A stretch of DNA of 64,000 nucleotides from an uncultured delta proteobacterium (GCA_963761255.1 CAVXGH010000013.1:37184-101183); one strand, 5' to 3'. Shown: positions 49,063-59,337, counted from the first letter of the stretch. Notes: generated from the sequence alone by a model not told the origin. Numbers and translations: made by a program.

Positions 49063-49161
49063 CCCGCGCTATGAGGCGCCGCGTTGGCGCGATCTCCATC
49101 GCGTAAGCCTTACGCTCGCGCGCGCTGGATACCCCCTTGCCTCAAAATGGTCGCGATGCCA

Positions 49162-49197
49162 AACTGAATGTACGTTCAGTTGACTGAACGAACAGTC
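49162..49197. promoter_or_regulatory. TetR autoregulatory operator pair
   Basis: AACTGAA-TGTACG-TTCAGTT then GACTG-AACGAA-CAGTC, directly before the tetR start. Confidence 0.65.
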
Positions 49198-49842
49198 GTG
49201 GCCACCAAAGAAGAAGTTTTAAAGAATTACCGCGTCGGCGAAATCCTCGAAGCTGCTCGCCGCGTCATCGGGCGTTTCGGCTTCGAAGGCACCACCATCG
49301 ATCGCGTCGCCGATGAGGCCCGCATCGCTAAGGGCACCATCTATCTGTATTTCCCGAACAAGGAAGCGCTGCTGCATTCGGCGGTGGTCGAGGGCATCCG
49401 CGACTTGACCGTCGATCTAAAGCGCCTCGATGATCTGACCCGCTCGCCCATCGAGCGGCTCGCAATCCTCATCCGCAGCATGTTCAGCGTTCAGAAGGAC
49501 CATCAGGACTTCTTCAAGGCGCTGATCCTCGATTCCCGCTTCGTCAGCTACGAGCCCGGCGATCGTCGCGGCGAGGAGCTGCGCAGCGTCTACCTCGAAT
49601 GGGTGGATTATTTCGCGAGCGTGCTCAAGGCGGCTGCCGAGCAGGGCCAGATTCGCGCGATGGATCCTCAGCTCACCGCATTGACGCTTTCCGAAATGAT
49701 GACGGCCCCATTGCGGCGCCGCCTCTTATCGCTGACCGACACGCCGCCTGAAACCGACGTCGAGGCGATCCTGGACCTCTTCTTATATGGCGTCCGCGGA
49801 ACCCATCCCGAGCGCAACTGCAAAGAGAGCCACGGCAAATGA
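49198..49842 (+). CDS. TetR/AcrR family regulator
   Basis: TTIDRVADEARIAKGTIYLYFPNKEAL. Confidence 0.92.
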   Translation: MATKEEVLKNYRVGEILEAARRVIGRFGFEGTTIDRVADEARIAKGTIYLYFPNKEALLHSAVVEGIRDLTVDLKRLDDLTRSPIERLAILIRSMFSVQKDHQDFFKALILDSRFVSYEPGDRRGEELRSVYLEWVDYFASVLKAAAEQGQIRAMDPQLTALTLSEMMTAPLRRRLLSLTDTPPETDVEAILDLFLYGVRGTHPERNCKESHGK

Positions 49843-50924
49843 AGTATCGCATCATCATATGCTTTGCCGTCGCCGCGGGACTTTTCGCGAGCGCATGCAG
49901 CGGGCCCGCGCCCGCGAAGGCTTCAACCGTCGCCGATACCGAGCGGATCGTCGTCGCGATTGCCACCGCCCAGCAAAAGGACATGATGCGCACCGCGACC
50001 ACCCAGGGCGCGCTCTTCCCGAAGGAAAAAGCCGTGCTGGCCGCCGAGGTTGCCGGGGCTCTGGCACAAGTCTTCTCCGATATGGGCGACAACGTGGCCG
50101 AGGGCCAGGTCCTCGCGCGCATCGATCCTCGCGAATACCAGCTTCGGCTCGATTCCGCGCAGGCGCAGTTCGAGCAGGCGCAGGCGCGCGCGGCTAACGC
50201 GCAGTCTAATTTTCATCGGATGAAGGAGCTTAACAATCAGCATCTGGTTTCCGCCCAGCAGTATGATGAGTCGACCTCCGAGATGCGGATGGCGCAGGCC
50301 GACGCCGACGCGGCCGAAAAGATGGTCGGGATCGCGCGCAAGAAGCTGGACGATACCTACATCCGCGCGCCGTTTGCCGGCTCGGTCCAGAAGCGGATGG
50401 TTTCCCTCGGTGAGCACGTCGGCGAGGGGATGCCGCTCTACGAGTTGATCGCGTCCGATCCCATCAAGTTGCGCGCGCCGATTCCCGAGCGCTTCGTGCC
50501 GATGGCCAAAGTCGGGTTGCCAATCGATCTCACCATCGATGCGCGTCCTAATCAGACTTTTCATGGCGCGGTGACCAGGATTGCTCCCGCGCTCGACGAG
50601 AGCAGCCGCACGCTTCTCATCGAAGCCGAGGTGCCCAATCCGACCGGCGTGCTGAAGCCGGGTTACTTCGCCCACGTGACGATGAACCTCGGTCACGATC
50701 GCGCGCTGTTCATCCCCAACTCCGCGATCCTTCGCTACGCCGGGGTGGCGCGCGTGTTCATCTTCAAGGACGGCGCGGTCCGCTCACGCGAAGTTAGCAC
50801 CGGCAGCGTCGAGGGCGACCAAATCGAAATCATCAGCGGGCTCAAGCCCGGCGAGAAAGTGGTCGTCAGCGATGTTGACCGGCTGGCCGATGGAACCTCG
50901 GTAATCGCAAAGGAGCAGTCGTGA
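49839..50924 (+). CDS. RND periplasmic adaptor (MFP)
   Basis: Lipobox ASAC, VAEGQVLARID, IRAPFAG and LKPG. Confidence 0.92.
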   Translation: MKYRIIICFAVAAGLFASACSGPAPAKASTVADTERIVVAIATAQQKDMMRTATTQGALFPKEKAVLAAEVAGALAQVFSDMGDNVAEGQVLARIDPREYQLRLDSAQAQFEQAQARAANAQSNFHRMKELNNQHLVSAQQYDESTSEMRMAQADADAAEKMVGIARKKLDDTYIRAPFAGSVQKRMVSLGEHVGEGMPLYELIASDPIKLRAPIPERFVPMAKVGLPIDLTIDARPNQTFHGAVTRIAPALDESSRTLLIEAEVPNPTGVLKPGYFAHVTMNLGHDRALFIPNSAILRYAGVARVFIFKDGAVRSREVSTGSVEGDQIEIISGLKPGEKVVVSDVDRLADGTSVIAKEQS

Positions 50925-53900
50925 TCCTAGCCGACCTATGCGTGCGACGCCCCGTCTTCGCCACCATGTTCGTCGGCGTGCTGGTGGTGCTCGGATGGTT
51001 TTCCTACAAGCGCCTTGGTGTCGACCTCTATCCGAAAGTCGATATGCCGATGGTGATGGTGCAGACCTATCTGCCCGGCGCCGCGCCGGAAGAAACCGAG
51101 GCGCGCGTCACCAAGCCGCTCGAAGAAGCCATCAATACTGTTACCGGCATCGATGAGTTGCGGTCCATCACCCAGGAAGGCATGTCGCGGATCATGGTCC
51201 AGTTCAAACTGGATCGCGACGTCAATGCCGGGGTGCAGGACGTTCGCGACAAGATTTCCACCGTGCTGGATCAGCTGCCCGACGGCACCAAGCCGCCGCT
51301 GGTCGGCAAATGGGACATGGATTCGCTGCCCATCCTGACCTTCACCATCACCGGCTATCAATCGATGAAGGAGCTGACTGAGATCGGCCGTCGTATGCTC
51401 AAGGAACCGATGGAATCGGTCGATGGGGTCGGCTCGATCGAAATCGTCGGCGGCCGCGAACGCGAGATCCACGTGCTCCTCGATGCGGACCGGCTGCGCG
51501 CCACCGGCCTGTCGGTGGAGCAGGTATCCTCCGCGCTGGCGCGTCAGAACGTCGAGTTTCCCGGCGGCCACATGAAGCAGGGCCCGTCCGAGCAGGTGTT
51601 GCGCACTCTGGGTCGCATCACTGACGTGGCGGATTTCAACAAGATCGTCGTCAGCGAGCAGAACGACAAGCCCGTCATGATCAGCGACATCGCGACGGTC
51701 GAGGACGGCATCAAGGAGCCGCGCTCGCTCTCGCGATGGGACGGCAAAAACGCGGTTTCGCTCGTCATCCGCAAACAGTCCGGCACCAACACTATCGAAG
51801 TGGTGGATAATATTTTCGAGCGGCTGCAGGAGCTGAAAAGCGCGCTGCCGCCGGGCGTCGATGTGATCGCGTCGCGCGATTCCTCGGAGTACATCCGCGA
51901 GTCAGTGCACACGGTGCAGGAGCATCTGGTGCTGGGCGGCATCTGCGCCGCGATCGTGGTGTTCTTCTTCCTCGGCTCGTTGCGCTCGACGCTGATTGCG
52001 GCGGTCGCGATTCCGGTTTCGATCGTCTCGACCTACACGCTGCTGCTATGGATGGGCTTCACGCTCAACACGCTCTCACTGTTGGCGCTGACGCTGGCGG
52101 TCGGCATCGTCATCGATGATGCGATCGTGGTGCTGGAAAATATTTTCCGCTTCATCGAAGAAAAAGGCATGTCGCCGATGGCCGCCGCGAAGGCTGCGAC
52201 CGCCGAGGTCGGACTCGCGGTCAGCGCAACGACGCTCTCGCTGGTGGTCATCTTCGTGCCGGTCGCGTTCATCCATAGTGTCACCGGCCGCTTCCTCAAT
52301 ACCTTCGGGCTGACGATGGCGTTCTCGATCATGGTGTCGCTGCTGGTCGCGTTCACGCTGACCCCGATGCTGTGCTCGCGCTTCCTCAAGCACACCAAGG
52401 GTGAGCGCACCTCGCGCGATTCCTGGTTCTTCAGCGCCATCGAGCGCGTTTACGAGCGCGCGCTGAACTGGTCGCTCGACCATCGATGGGTGATCATCAC
52501 CATCGCGGCGGCGCTGGTGGTGTCGATTCCGGTGCTGGCGAAAATCGTCGGCGCCAACTTCATGCCGGCCGAGGACTCCAGCGAATTCGCCATCAACCTC
52601 CGCACGCCGCCGGGCTACTCGCTCGAGCATACCGATGCGGTGGTGCGCGAGATGGAAGCGAAGGTCCGCGCCATCCCTGAAGTTACGCATATGTTCACCA
52701 CCGTTGGCGACACGACCGGCGCCGGCGACGTGACGATCGCGCAGATCGTCGCGAAGCTTAAGCCGGTCAACCGGCGCAAGCGCTCGCAGCAAGCGGTGAT
52801 GGCCGATGCGCGCAAGATGGTCGCGGGTTTTCCCGCGATGCGCGTCAGCGTGGACGACATCAAGCCATGGGAGCAGGGCGGCTTTCGCGAGGCCGACGTC
52901 GAGTATGACGTGCGCGGTCCGGACCTCGAGAAGCTGCAAGCGATCATCGCGCAACTGCGCGCGAAAATGAAAAATGTTCCCGGCGTCCTCGATATCGATT
53001 CAACCTACGAGGCGGGATTGCCCGAGCTTCAGGTGCAGATCGATCGGCAGAAGGCGGCTGACCTCGGCGTGTCGGTCTCGGATATCGCGGCGACCATCCG
53101 CACCATGGTGCAGGGCGACGTCGTCACGCGCTTTCGCGAGGGCCAGGACACCTACGATGTGCGCCTCCAGTTGAATGACAAGGATCGCAATGACCCGGCC
53201 GTCGTTTCGAGCCTCACCATTCCGTCGTCGTCGGTGGGCCAGGTGCGCCTCGATAACGTCGCGTCACTGGTGAGTGGAACCGGGCCGGTCGAGATCGATC
53301 GGCAATCGCGTCAACGCCAGATCGGACTGGTGTTCAACCTCGCGCCCGGTGCGCAGATGAATGCCATCATCAAAACCGTGATCGACGACGCGAAGACGGT
53401 CGACATTCCGCCCGGCTACACCACCGCGCTCGGCGGGCAGAGCAAGATGTTCGGCGAGATGGTCGGCGGCTTCATCATCGCGTTCGGTTTATCGATCATC
53501 TTTATGTACATGGTGCTGGCAGCGCAGTTCGAAAGCTTCACTCATCCGATCACGATCATGTTGTCGTTGCCGCTGGCGGTGCCGTTCGCGCTGGTCTCGC
53601 TGATGTTTTTCAATCAGCAGATGTCGATGTTCTCAATCCTCGGCATCCTGCTGCTGTTCGGCATCGTCAAGAAGAATTCCATCCTGCAAGTCGATCAGAC
53701 TATCAACCTGCGCAATCAGGGGATGGAGCGTCGCAAGGCGATCCTGCAGGCCAATCGCGAGCGGCTGCGCCCGATCCTGATGACTACGGCGGCGCTCGTC
53801 GCCGGCATGATCCCGGTCGCCTTCGGCCGCGGCGCCGGTTCGGGCGAACAGCGCGGCATCGCAATCGTCGTCATCGGCGGGCAGACGCTATGCCTCGTCA

Positions 53901-54040
53901 TCACGTTGCTCATCACGCCAGTCGCATACTCGCTGTTCGATGACCTCGAGACGTGGTGGAATCGCTCGGTACTTCGCAAACGTCCCCAACTAAAGCTGGT
54001 CGAGCCGGAGTTCGCCGACGATCGCCAGGCCGTGGACTGA
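50921..54040 (+). CDS. RND efflux permease (AcrB/AcrD/AcrF family)
   Basis: RRPVFATM, AVGIVIDDAIVVLENI, VKKNSILQVD and RLRPILMTT. Confidence 0.95.
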   Translation: MILADLCVRRPVFATMFVGVLVVLGWFSYKRLGVDLYPKVDMPMVMVQTYLPGAAPEETEARVTKPLEEAINTVTGIDELRSITQEGMSRIMVQFKLDRDVNAGVQDVRDKISTVLDQLPDGTKPPLVGKWDMDSLPILTFTITGYQSMKELTEIGRRMLKEPMESVDGVGSIEIVGGREREIHVLLDADRLRATGLSVEQVSSALARQNVEFPGGHMKQGPSEQVLRTLGRITDVADFNKIVVSEQNDKPVMISDIATVEDGIKEPRSLSRWDGKNAVSLVIRKQSGTNTIEVVDNIFERLQELKSALPPGVDVIASRDSSEYIRESVHTVQEHLVLGGICAAIVVFFFLGSLRSTLIAAVAIPVSIVSTYTLLLWMGFTLNTLSLLALTLAVGIVIDDAIVVLENIFRFIEEKGMSPMAAAKAATAEVGLAVSATTLSLVVIFVPVAFIHSVTGRFLNTFGLTMAFSIMVSLLVAFTLTPMLCSRFLKHTKGERTSRDSWFFSAIERVYERALNWSLDHRWVIITIAAALVVSIPVLAKIVGANFMPAEDSSEFAINLRTPPGYSLEHTDAVVREMEAKVRAIPEVTHMFTTVGDTTGAGDVTIAQIVAKLKPVNRRKRSQQAVMADARKMVAGFPAMRVSVDDIKPWEQGGFREADVEYDVRGPDLEKLQAIIAQLRAKMKNVPGVLDIDSTYEAGLPELQVQIDRQKAADLGVSVSDIAATIRTMVQGDVVTRFREGQDTYDVRLQLNDKDRNDPAVVSSLTIPSSSVGQVRLDNVASLVSGTGPVEIDRQSRQRQIGLVFNLAPGAQMNAIIKTVIDDAKTVDIPPGYTTALGGQSKMFGEMVGGFIIAFGLSIIFMYMVLAAQFESFTHPITIMLSLPLAVPFALVSLMFFNQQMSMFSILGILLLFGIVKKNSILQVDQTINLRNQGMERRKAILQANRERLRPILMTTAALVAGMIPVAFGRGAGSGEQRGIAIVVIGGQTLCLVITLLITPVAYSLFDDLETWWNRSVLRKRPQLKLVEPEFADDRQAVD

Positions 54041-54081
54041 TCAAAACGCTTTTCTTTTTGTCGTCCTGAGGTTCTTTTTTC

Positions 54082-54286
54082 TGTCATTCTGAGGTGAGCG
54101 CGAAGCGCGCAGCCGAAGAACCTCGGATGCGCCTGATAACCGCCCGTCACTTCAGCAGGCGAATGAGCATCCTCACGCCACAATCATCGCGAAGACACGC
54201 ACCCTACGAATGCTGAAGTGACATTTGCAGCGCCACCTCATCCAAGGTTCTTCGGCTGCGCGCTCCGCGCTCACCTCAGAATGACA
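54082..54286. repeat. REPIN/MITE-like nested inverted-repeat element
   Basis: 48-nt arms TGTCATTCTGAGG...CCTCGGATG (54082-54129) and CATCCAAGG...CTCAGAATGACA (54239-54286), with an inner IR GTCACTTCAGCA (54146) / TGCTGAAGTGAC (54211). Confidence 0.85.
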
Positions 54287-54341
54287 AGCTGCCCGGTTGG
54301 CTGGCCTTGCCCCTACCGCGAGCGCTGGCTAGATTCGGCGC

Positions 54342-54770
54342 GTGGACAAGCCGCTCGAACAAATGCTCAATCTGCTGCTCGAATCCGAGCGCGCCGGTGT
54401 GCTCGCATTGGAGCATCTTGCGCCCGAGGTCGAGCAGGAGGAGTTGCGGCAATTTCTCCTCGGCGAGCGCGACCAGGAACAGCGCAATGTCGACGGCCTC
54501 GACCAGTTGATTCGCGACCACGGCGGAACTCCCTCGCCAGCGGTGGGGCCGTTCGCTGCCAAGGTCGCCGCGCTGGGAACGATTCGCGAGCGCCTAAGCC
54601 TCATGTCGCACGGCCAGGAATGGGCGGCGCGCAAAGTCGAAGAAACCCTCGCGCTCGCCCCCGCTGAAGGGCCGATTTACGATTTCCTGCGCGCCATGGC
54701 CAATCGCCATCGCGCGGAAGTCGAATGGGGCCGTGCCGAAGTCATCCGGCTGCTGAATTCAGACAAGTAG
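54342..54770 (+). CDS. ferritin-like four-helix protein
   Basis: LLESERAG, DQEQRN, GQEWAARK and RHRAE helical pattern. Confidence 0.7.
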   Translation: MDKPLEQMLNLLLESERAGVLALEHLAPEVEQEELRQFLLGERDQEQRNVDGLDQLIRDHGGTPSPAVGPFAAKVAALGTIRERLSLMSHGQEWAARKVEETLALAPAEGPIYDFLRAMANRHRAEVEWGRAEVIRLLNSDK

Positions 54771-54791
54771 ATCTCTCGCGTGCAGACCTAA

Positions 54792-54813
54792 CCCCTTCCC
54801 TTGAGGGAAGGGG
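54792..54813. repeat. REP-like hairpin / terminator between convergent genes
   Basis: CCCCTTCCCT-TG-AGGGAAGGGG. Confidence 0.55.
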
Positions 54814-54832
54814 AATCAGAAAAAACGTTGCC

Positions 54833-55435
54833 CTATTTCGCCGGAGGCGCCGGAACCTCCTTCATCCGCGACGTGGTGTCGTTGTCGAATTCCAGATGCA
54901 GCGCGCGCACGATCATCCCATGCATCCGCCACAACCCGATGACATAGAAGAGCTCCATGATTTGCGGATCCGATAGATGCTTCTTCAGCTCGGCAAAAGT
55001 TTCATCCTCGACGAGATTGCGTCCGACCAGCTCATCGGTCGCCGCCATCACCGCGCGTTCCGGGTCGGTGAACTTGTCGCTGGTCGACCACGATTTGATC
55101 GCGTTCAATTTGTCGTCCGGAACCTTTACCATCCGGGCGACTTTCAGATGCTGCGAATATTCGAAGCGCGAGTCGCCGACGATGCCGGTGCGCACGATCG
55201 CCAGCTCGCGCAGAGGCGCAGGCAACACGCGCCCGGGCTGCATCAGCGCCATCAGGCTGTTGCGCGCGTTGAAGAGCAGGTCGGGCACCAGCGCGAAGGT
55301 GGTCCAGTAATCGCCGGGAGTGCCGGTCGCGGTGCCTGGTTGCGCGACCGGATCGCGGTCGCCGAAAAATTGTTTGTAGAGTTCCTGGATTTCCGGCGAG
55401 GCCTCCGCCCTGGTTACCTGCTTGAGTCGTCCCAT
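54833..55435 (-). CDS. carboxymuconolactone decarboxylase/AhpD-family protein
   Basis: LRELAIVRT...FEYSQH, FTDPERA and DETFAELKKHLSD.QI.EL. Confidence 0.85.
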   Translation of the reverse strand: MGRLKQVTRAEASPEIQELYKQFFGDRDPVAQPGTATGTPGDYWTTFALVPDLLFNARNSLMALMQPGRVLPAPLRELAIVRTGIVGDSRFEYSQHLKVARMVKVPDDKLNAIKSWSTSDKFTDPERAVMAATDELVGRNLVEDETFAELKKHLSDPQIMELFYVIGLWRMHGMIVRALHLEFDNDTTSRMKEVPAPPAK

Positions 55436-55574
55436 CGCGATTCCTCCTGATGCGCGCTCGGTCGGCGTCAGAATCGTACAGTCGTCGCGCGCCGTCAATG
55501 AACACTTCGCCGGGAGATGTTTCTTTGGATGACTTGCGGAGGGAACCGCTCGGCGCGATAATCCTTGCTCCGGT

Positions 55575-55652
55575 GGACGCATAGCTCAGCTCGGTTAGAG
55601 CACTTGCCTCACATGCAAGGGGTCCCAGGTTCAAATCCCGGTGCGTCCACCA
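55575..55652 (+). tRNA. tRNA-Val (CAC)
   Basis: Acceptor GGACGCA/TGCGTCC-A-CCA, D arm GCTC..GAGC, anticodon arm CTTGC-CTCACAT-GCAAG, T loop GTTCAAATC. Confidence 0.96.
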
Positions 55653-55776
55653 TCCAGTCCCTCCCGGGAGAATGGCCGCGACGAAGCTTGGGGGGCGAAT
55701 CTTTGCGATACTTATAGGGAGGCGTTTCCCGGTGGTCCACATCGATTAGCGGCTGGACCTCGAACCGCGGGAGCGA

Positions 55777-56751
55777 TCATTTTCCGGAAGGCGCAGCGAC
55801 GAGGGCAGCACAGGCCGGCGGCAGGTCGCCAAGCCACAGTGGTTTTGATACCGGCGACGGTCGCGGATGGCGCGCCTCTTCGGTGAACCACCATTCAAGC
55901 TCTTTGCCACAGCCGTCGCCTGGCGGTGGCATTTCTTGCGCACGACATTGAGGGTTCCCGCTTGGACAGAAAAGCCGGACATGGAAATGGTAATTGTGTC
56001 CCCACCACGGCCTGATCTTGGTCAGCCAGGTTCGCTCCGGTCCGCTCTCGCGGCACAGCGCGCGCTTGATCGCCGGGTTGACAAAAACGCGCTCCACCAA
56101 CGGCTCTCGGGCGACCGCCTCCAGCAATCGACGATGCTGCGGCGTCCACACTCCCGGGTCGATGTCCAATCCATTCTTCGCGACCACGTCGGTTGCCGAA
56201 ATATTGTCCCGCTCGGCCGGACTGAGCCGCCGATAAGGCATTGGCGTCAGCCAAATATCGGCATCGAGCCCGATCTGGTGCGAGCCATGGCCGGTCAGCA
56301 TCGGTCCACCGCGGGGCTGTGCAATGTCACCGATGAGAAGCCCGGGCCAGTCAGCCTCGCCCGGCAGTTTTTCTGCCAACCGCTCAAGAAAGGCGATCAG
56401 GTCCGGATGGCCCCAGGCGCGGTTGCGTGATGGACGCATGACCTGCCAGTCCGGCCCGTCGGCTGGCATTGCGACGGCGCCACTTAGACAGCCGCGATCA
56501 TAAAACCCGATCGCCTCCGGCGGCCCCGGCGCAGGGATGCTCTCTTGTCCGAACAAAACTTTCGCGGCATCTGCCGGTAGCTGCGCTATCAGCATGGCGC
56601 GGTGCTGCGCCTCTTGTGCGGCGGTGTCCTGCGCCGATGCGTCTCCCCAGGCAAGACAGGCCAGCACCGTCAAGATGCCGCACATCCAGAGGCTTCTCAC
56701 GACGATGGCTCCCCAACGAGTTCGTCTGAGGTTCTGCCCAGAAGGCAACAT
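55777..56751 (-). CDS. mepA: penicillin-insensitive murein endopeptidase
   Basis: IGFYDRGCL, WGHP, GDIAQPRGG, HGSHQIGLDADIW, WWGHNYHFHVRL and GDGCG. Confidence 0.93.
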   Translation of the reverse strand: MLPSGQNLRRTRWGAIVVRSLWMCGILTVLACLAWGDASAQDTAAQEAQHRAMLIAQLPADAAKVLFGQESIPAPGPPEAIGFYDRGCLSGAVAMPADGPDWQVMRPSRNRAWGHPDLIAFLERLAEKLPGEADWPGLLIGDIAQPRGGPMLTGHGSHQIGLDADIWLTPMPYRRLSPAERDNISATDVVAKNGLDIDPGVWTPQHRRLLEAVAREPLVERVFVNPAIKRALCRESGPERTWLTKIRPWWGHNYHFHVRLFCPSGNPQCRAQEMPPPGDGCGKELEWWFTEEARHPRPSPVSKPLWLGDLPPACAALVAAPSGK

Positions 56752-56807
56752 CGGTTAGTTGCGCGGCCACCCAGGCGGCATCTGTTTCTTCGTCGCGACG
56801 ACAACCT

Positions 56808-58751
56808 TCATTGAGGGGGATTTTGCTTTGCGTCCTCCACCAGCTTGTAACTGCCGATGATTGCGCCACCGCTGTAACAGCAACTGGGATCGCTGCGATT
56901 GTAGATTGGCTCGAAGAACTTCCAGGTTCCGCCCTCAAAATAAGCTTCTCCATATTCCCCGCTAGCCGGAACCGGGACCAATCGATCATTTTCGATCTTG
57001 TAGAAATCGTTACCCTGATAATGAAAACCATCAGACGAGGGGATCTCTAGAAAGAAACCGCTGTGCTCAGTGAGGCCGGAATCGCTGATGCGCTCGTAGT
57101 TCGCCTTGAAGATGGATGGATGCTCGAAGTGGACTCCCGTTCCGTCCTCCTCCGGGTCGGAGTACATCACCTGCTCTTGTTGGTATTGATCTGGCGCGAC
57201 TTTCTTCCAGACCACCAATCGATCGGAGCGGTCCTGTCCCGCATGCACAGTGATGATCAATGGCGTATTGAGCCCGGAGCGATTTGCGAGCGGCACCTTG
57301 TAGACCAACTGCGACGGATATTCGTGATCGGAATCGGCGGGAATCATCGCGTCCATCTCCTTCGCGGCGTAAAGACGATTATCCGGACCAGGAAGCCCGT
57401 GGCTCGGGGGAGCTTCATTTTTATGCGCGGCCTCGGCAGCTTTTTGTGCTTCACCACCAACACGGAGGAGGGCAGTTGTCGCGCTGCCGCGCACGTCGGA
57501 GCTCGGGTCTTTAAGCGCCTCCGTAAGCGCCTTAATCGCGTCGGGCGGAATCGGTTTCATGCCGGCTAGTGCCGCGGCCGCGTTTTGTCGGACATACAGG
57601 TTGGAACTTTTGAGAGCGCGCGCGATCGCCGGCACGGCCGCAGGCCCGATCTCCGAGAGCGGGTCAACCCAATCGGAGGGCGGTCGTTCGCCCAAGTTAG
57701 CGATCAGCATCGGCGCCAGGTTCGGACAGGGCGGCTTGATCCCCAAGATCGTGCGCAGCAGGTTGTTTCGATTTTCCGGGTCGTGTGCGAAGGCATTCTC
57801 CAGCGCGGAGCACGCGCGGACACCTTCTAGCTTCGCCAAGGCTTGTCCAGCCGGCGCCCGAATATAGGATTCCTGGTCTTTGGCGAGCGCATGTTCCAGA
57901 GCGGGAATCGCCGGCTTGGCCGCAGGTCCCATGTTTTGAAGAGCCTCGATCGCGGAGCCGGCAGAAGAGCCATCTCCCCCCATGACCAGCCGGATGAAAA
58001 TCGGAAGCACCCGCAGATCAGTTGGATCGACGTAGTAAAGCGTGAAAGCCGCATAGCCTTGCGTCTCGGGATCGGAATCCTTGAGCGCCCCGGTCAACTC
58101 GGGCAACACGGGATCCAGATCCTTGGGCTCGATTCTGTTCTTGTTTCTGCGCCCCGCAACGGACATCTGGGACCAACCGGCCATGATGTCGATTGCCCGC
58201 AGCGCGCCTTTCCTCATCTCCGGGTCACTGCCGCGCAGTTGGTCGAAGAGCAGCGGAAGCACAGGCTTACCTACGGACGCCAACTCGGACATCGCGTAGG
58301 CGTATCCATTCTTCTTCGAGATATCGATCAAAATCGGCCATACCTCGGGGGTCTTGGGCGCGAGGCATCCCAGCAGATTGACTCCTGTCTGCTGAAGGAG
58401 ACCGCCGGGCTGAACCGTCTGGACCCAGCGCTGCAGGGTTGGAATCGCAGCGGTCCCGGCATTACAGATAGTCGACTGGGCGTAGCCTCTGACCTGGTTG
58501 TCCCGGTCCGTTGACTCCACAATCGTGATCATTGTTTGCAGCGTCTCGGATGAAACCGGTTCGATGTTGCTGAGCGCTTTGGCCGCGTCGCGCTGTTTCT
58601 GGATATCCTGATCATGCAACTGCTGCAGGAGGTGCGCGGTGTCCTTGGTACCCTGGGCGGCATGCGCGATCCCCGAGCAGGCTGCCCCGGTCAGAGCGAC
58701 GACGCTGACGAGCAGCGCGATGTGAGTGCCGGTGCGAAATACTCTGATCAT
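56808..58751 (-). CDS. exported HEAT-repeat protein
   Basis: Signal/lipobox-like N-terminus (TGAAC); repeats such as AVPAIARALKSSNLYVRQNAAAALA; C-terminal DPSCCYSGG domain. Confidence 0.8.
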   Translation of the reverse strand: MIRVFRTGTHIALLVSVVALTGAACSGIAHAAQGTKDTAHLLQQLHDQDIQKQRDAAKALSNIEPVSSETLQTMITIVESTDRDNQVRGYAQSTICNAGTAAIPTLQRWVQTVQPGGLLQQTGVNLLGCLAPKTPEVWPILIDISKKNGYAYAMSELASVGKPVLPLLFDQLRGSDPEMRKGALRAIDIMAGWSQMSVAGRRNKNRIEPKDLDPVLPELTGALKDSDPETQGYAAFTLYYVDPTDLRVLPIFIRLVMGGDGSSAGSAIEALQNMGPAAKPAIPALEHALAKDQESYIRAPAGQALAKLEGVRACSALENAFAHDPENRNNLLRTILGIKPPCPNLAPMLIANLGERPPSDWVDPLSEIGPAAVPAIARALKSSNLYVRQNAAAALAGMKPIPPDAIKALTEALKDPSSDVRGSATTALLRVGGEAQKAAEAAHKNEAPPSHGLPGPDNRLYAAKEMDAMIPADSDHEYPSQLVYKVPLANRSGLNTPLIITVHAGQDRSDRLVVWKKVAPDQYQQEQVMYSDPEEDGTGVHFEHPSIFKANYERISDSGLTEHSGFFLEIPSSDGFHYQGNDFYKIENDRLVPVPASGEYGEAYFEGGTWKFFEPIYNRSDPSCCYSGGAIIGSYKLVEDAKQNPPQ

Positions 58752-58920
58752 GGCAGTCACAGAGTTTACCACATCTATCAGGATGACTGGTCGGATTTTG
58801 AACACGAAATCCGCTTTGGTCGCCGGCTCACGAGGATGCCTGACCTGCGCTCACGCCGATCCGGTATCGAGGCGCCGCGCGGTCGTCTCCGGTGAAGGAA
58901 TCTCTCCCAATGCCGCCGGA

Positions 58921-59337
58921 TTACTGGCCGTAAAAGACCTGACCCGCCGGTGACGACATGTAGTCCATGATCCGCTGCTGCGACTGGTAGTCGTCGATCG
59001 CCTCGGCGCGCTCCTCGGCCTTTTCGTCCTGCAGCAGTTGCCGGTAGGCATCGTAATTCTGCTCGCTGCCCTTGAAAAGACAATGGCAAACATAGGGATC
59101 GGCGAACCAATAGGCGGTCTTTCCGTTCTGCGTAAAATAACGCACCTTCAGCGGCGTGATGTCCTTGAGCTTGTCTTCCCGCGCGGGCGTGTTGGCCGGA
59201 ACCTGGCTGAACCCGGCCTGCGAGAGCATCGGCTCCAGGCGCTGCGCGCGTTGCGCCGATGATTCGGCACATCCGGCCAAAACACACATCAACAAGACAC
59301 AAACGATGCGGAGTGAATTCGTGGCGATGGTATCCAT
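58921..59337 (-). CDS. hypothetical lipoprotein
   Basis: Lipobox LAGC; LSQAGF and YWFADP..C.CLF.G. Confidence 0.72.
   Translation of the reverse strand: MDTIATNSLRIVCVLLMCVLAGCAESSAQRAQRLEPMLSQAGFSQVPANTPAREDKLKDITPLKVRYFTQNGKTAYWFADPYVCHCLFKGSEQNYDAYRQLLQDEKAEERAEAIDDYQSQQRIMDYMSSPAGQVFYGQ

Noticed and set aside
54218-54667. ORFs 54218..54667 and 53716..54183 sharing an identical peptide
   Set aside because: An artefact of translating the two arms of the inverted repeat.
56808-56810. Second Sec read-through at the HEAT gene TGA
   Set aside because: No redox motif context; a one-base indel explains the downstream sequence better.
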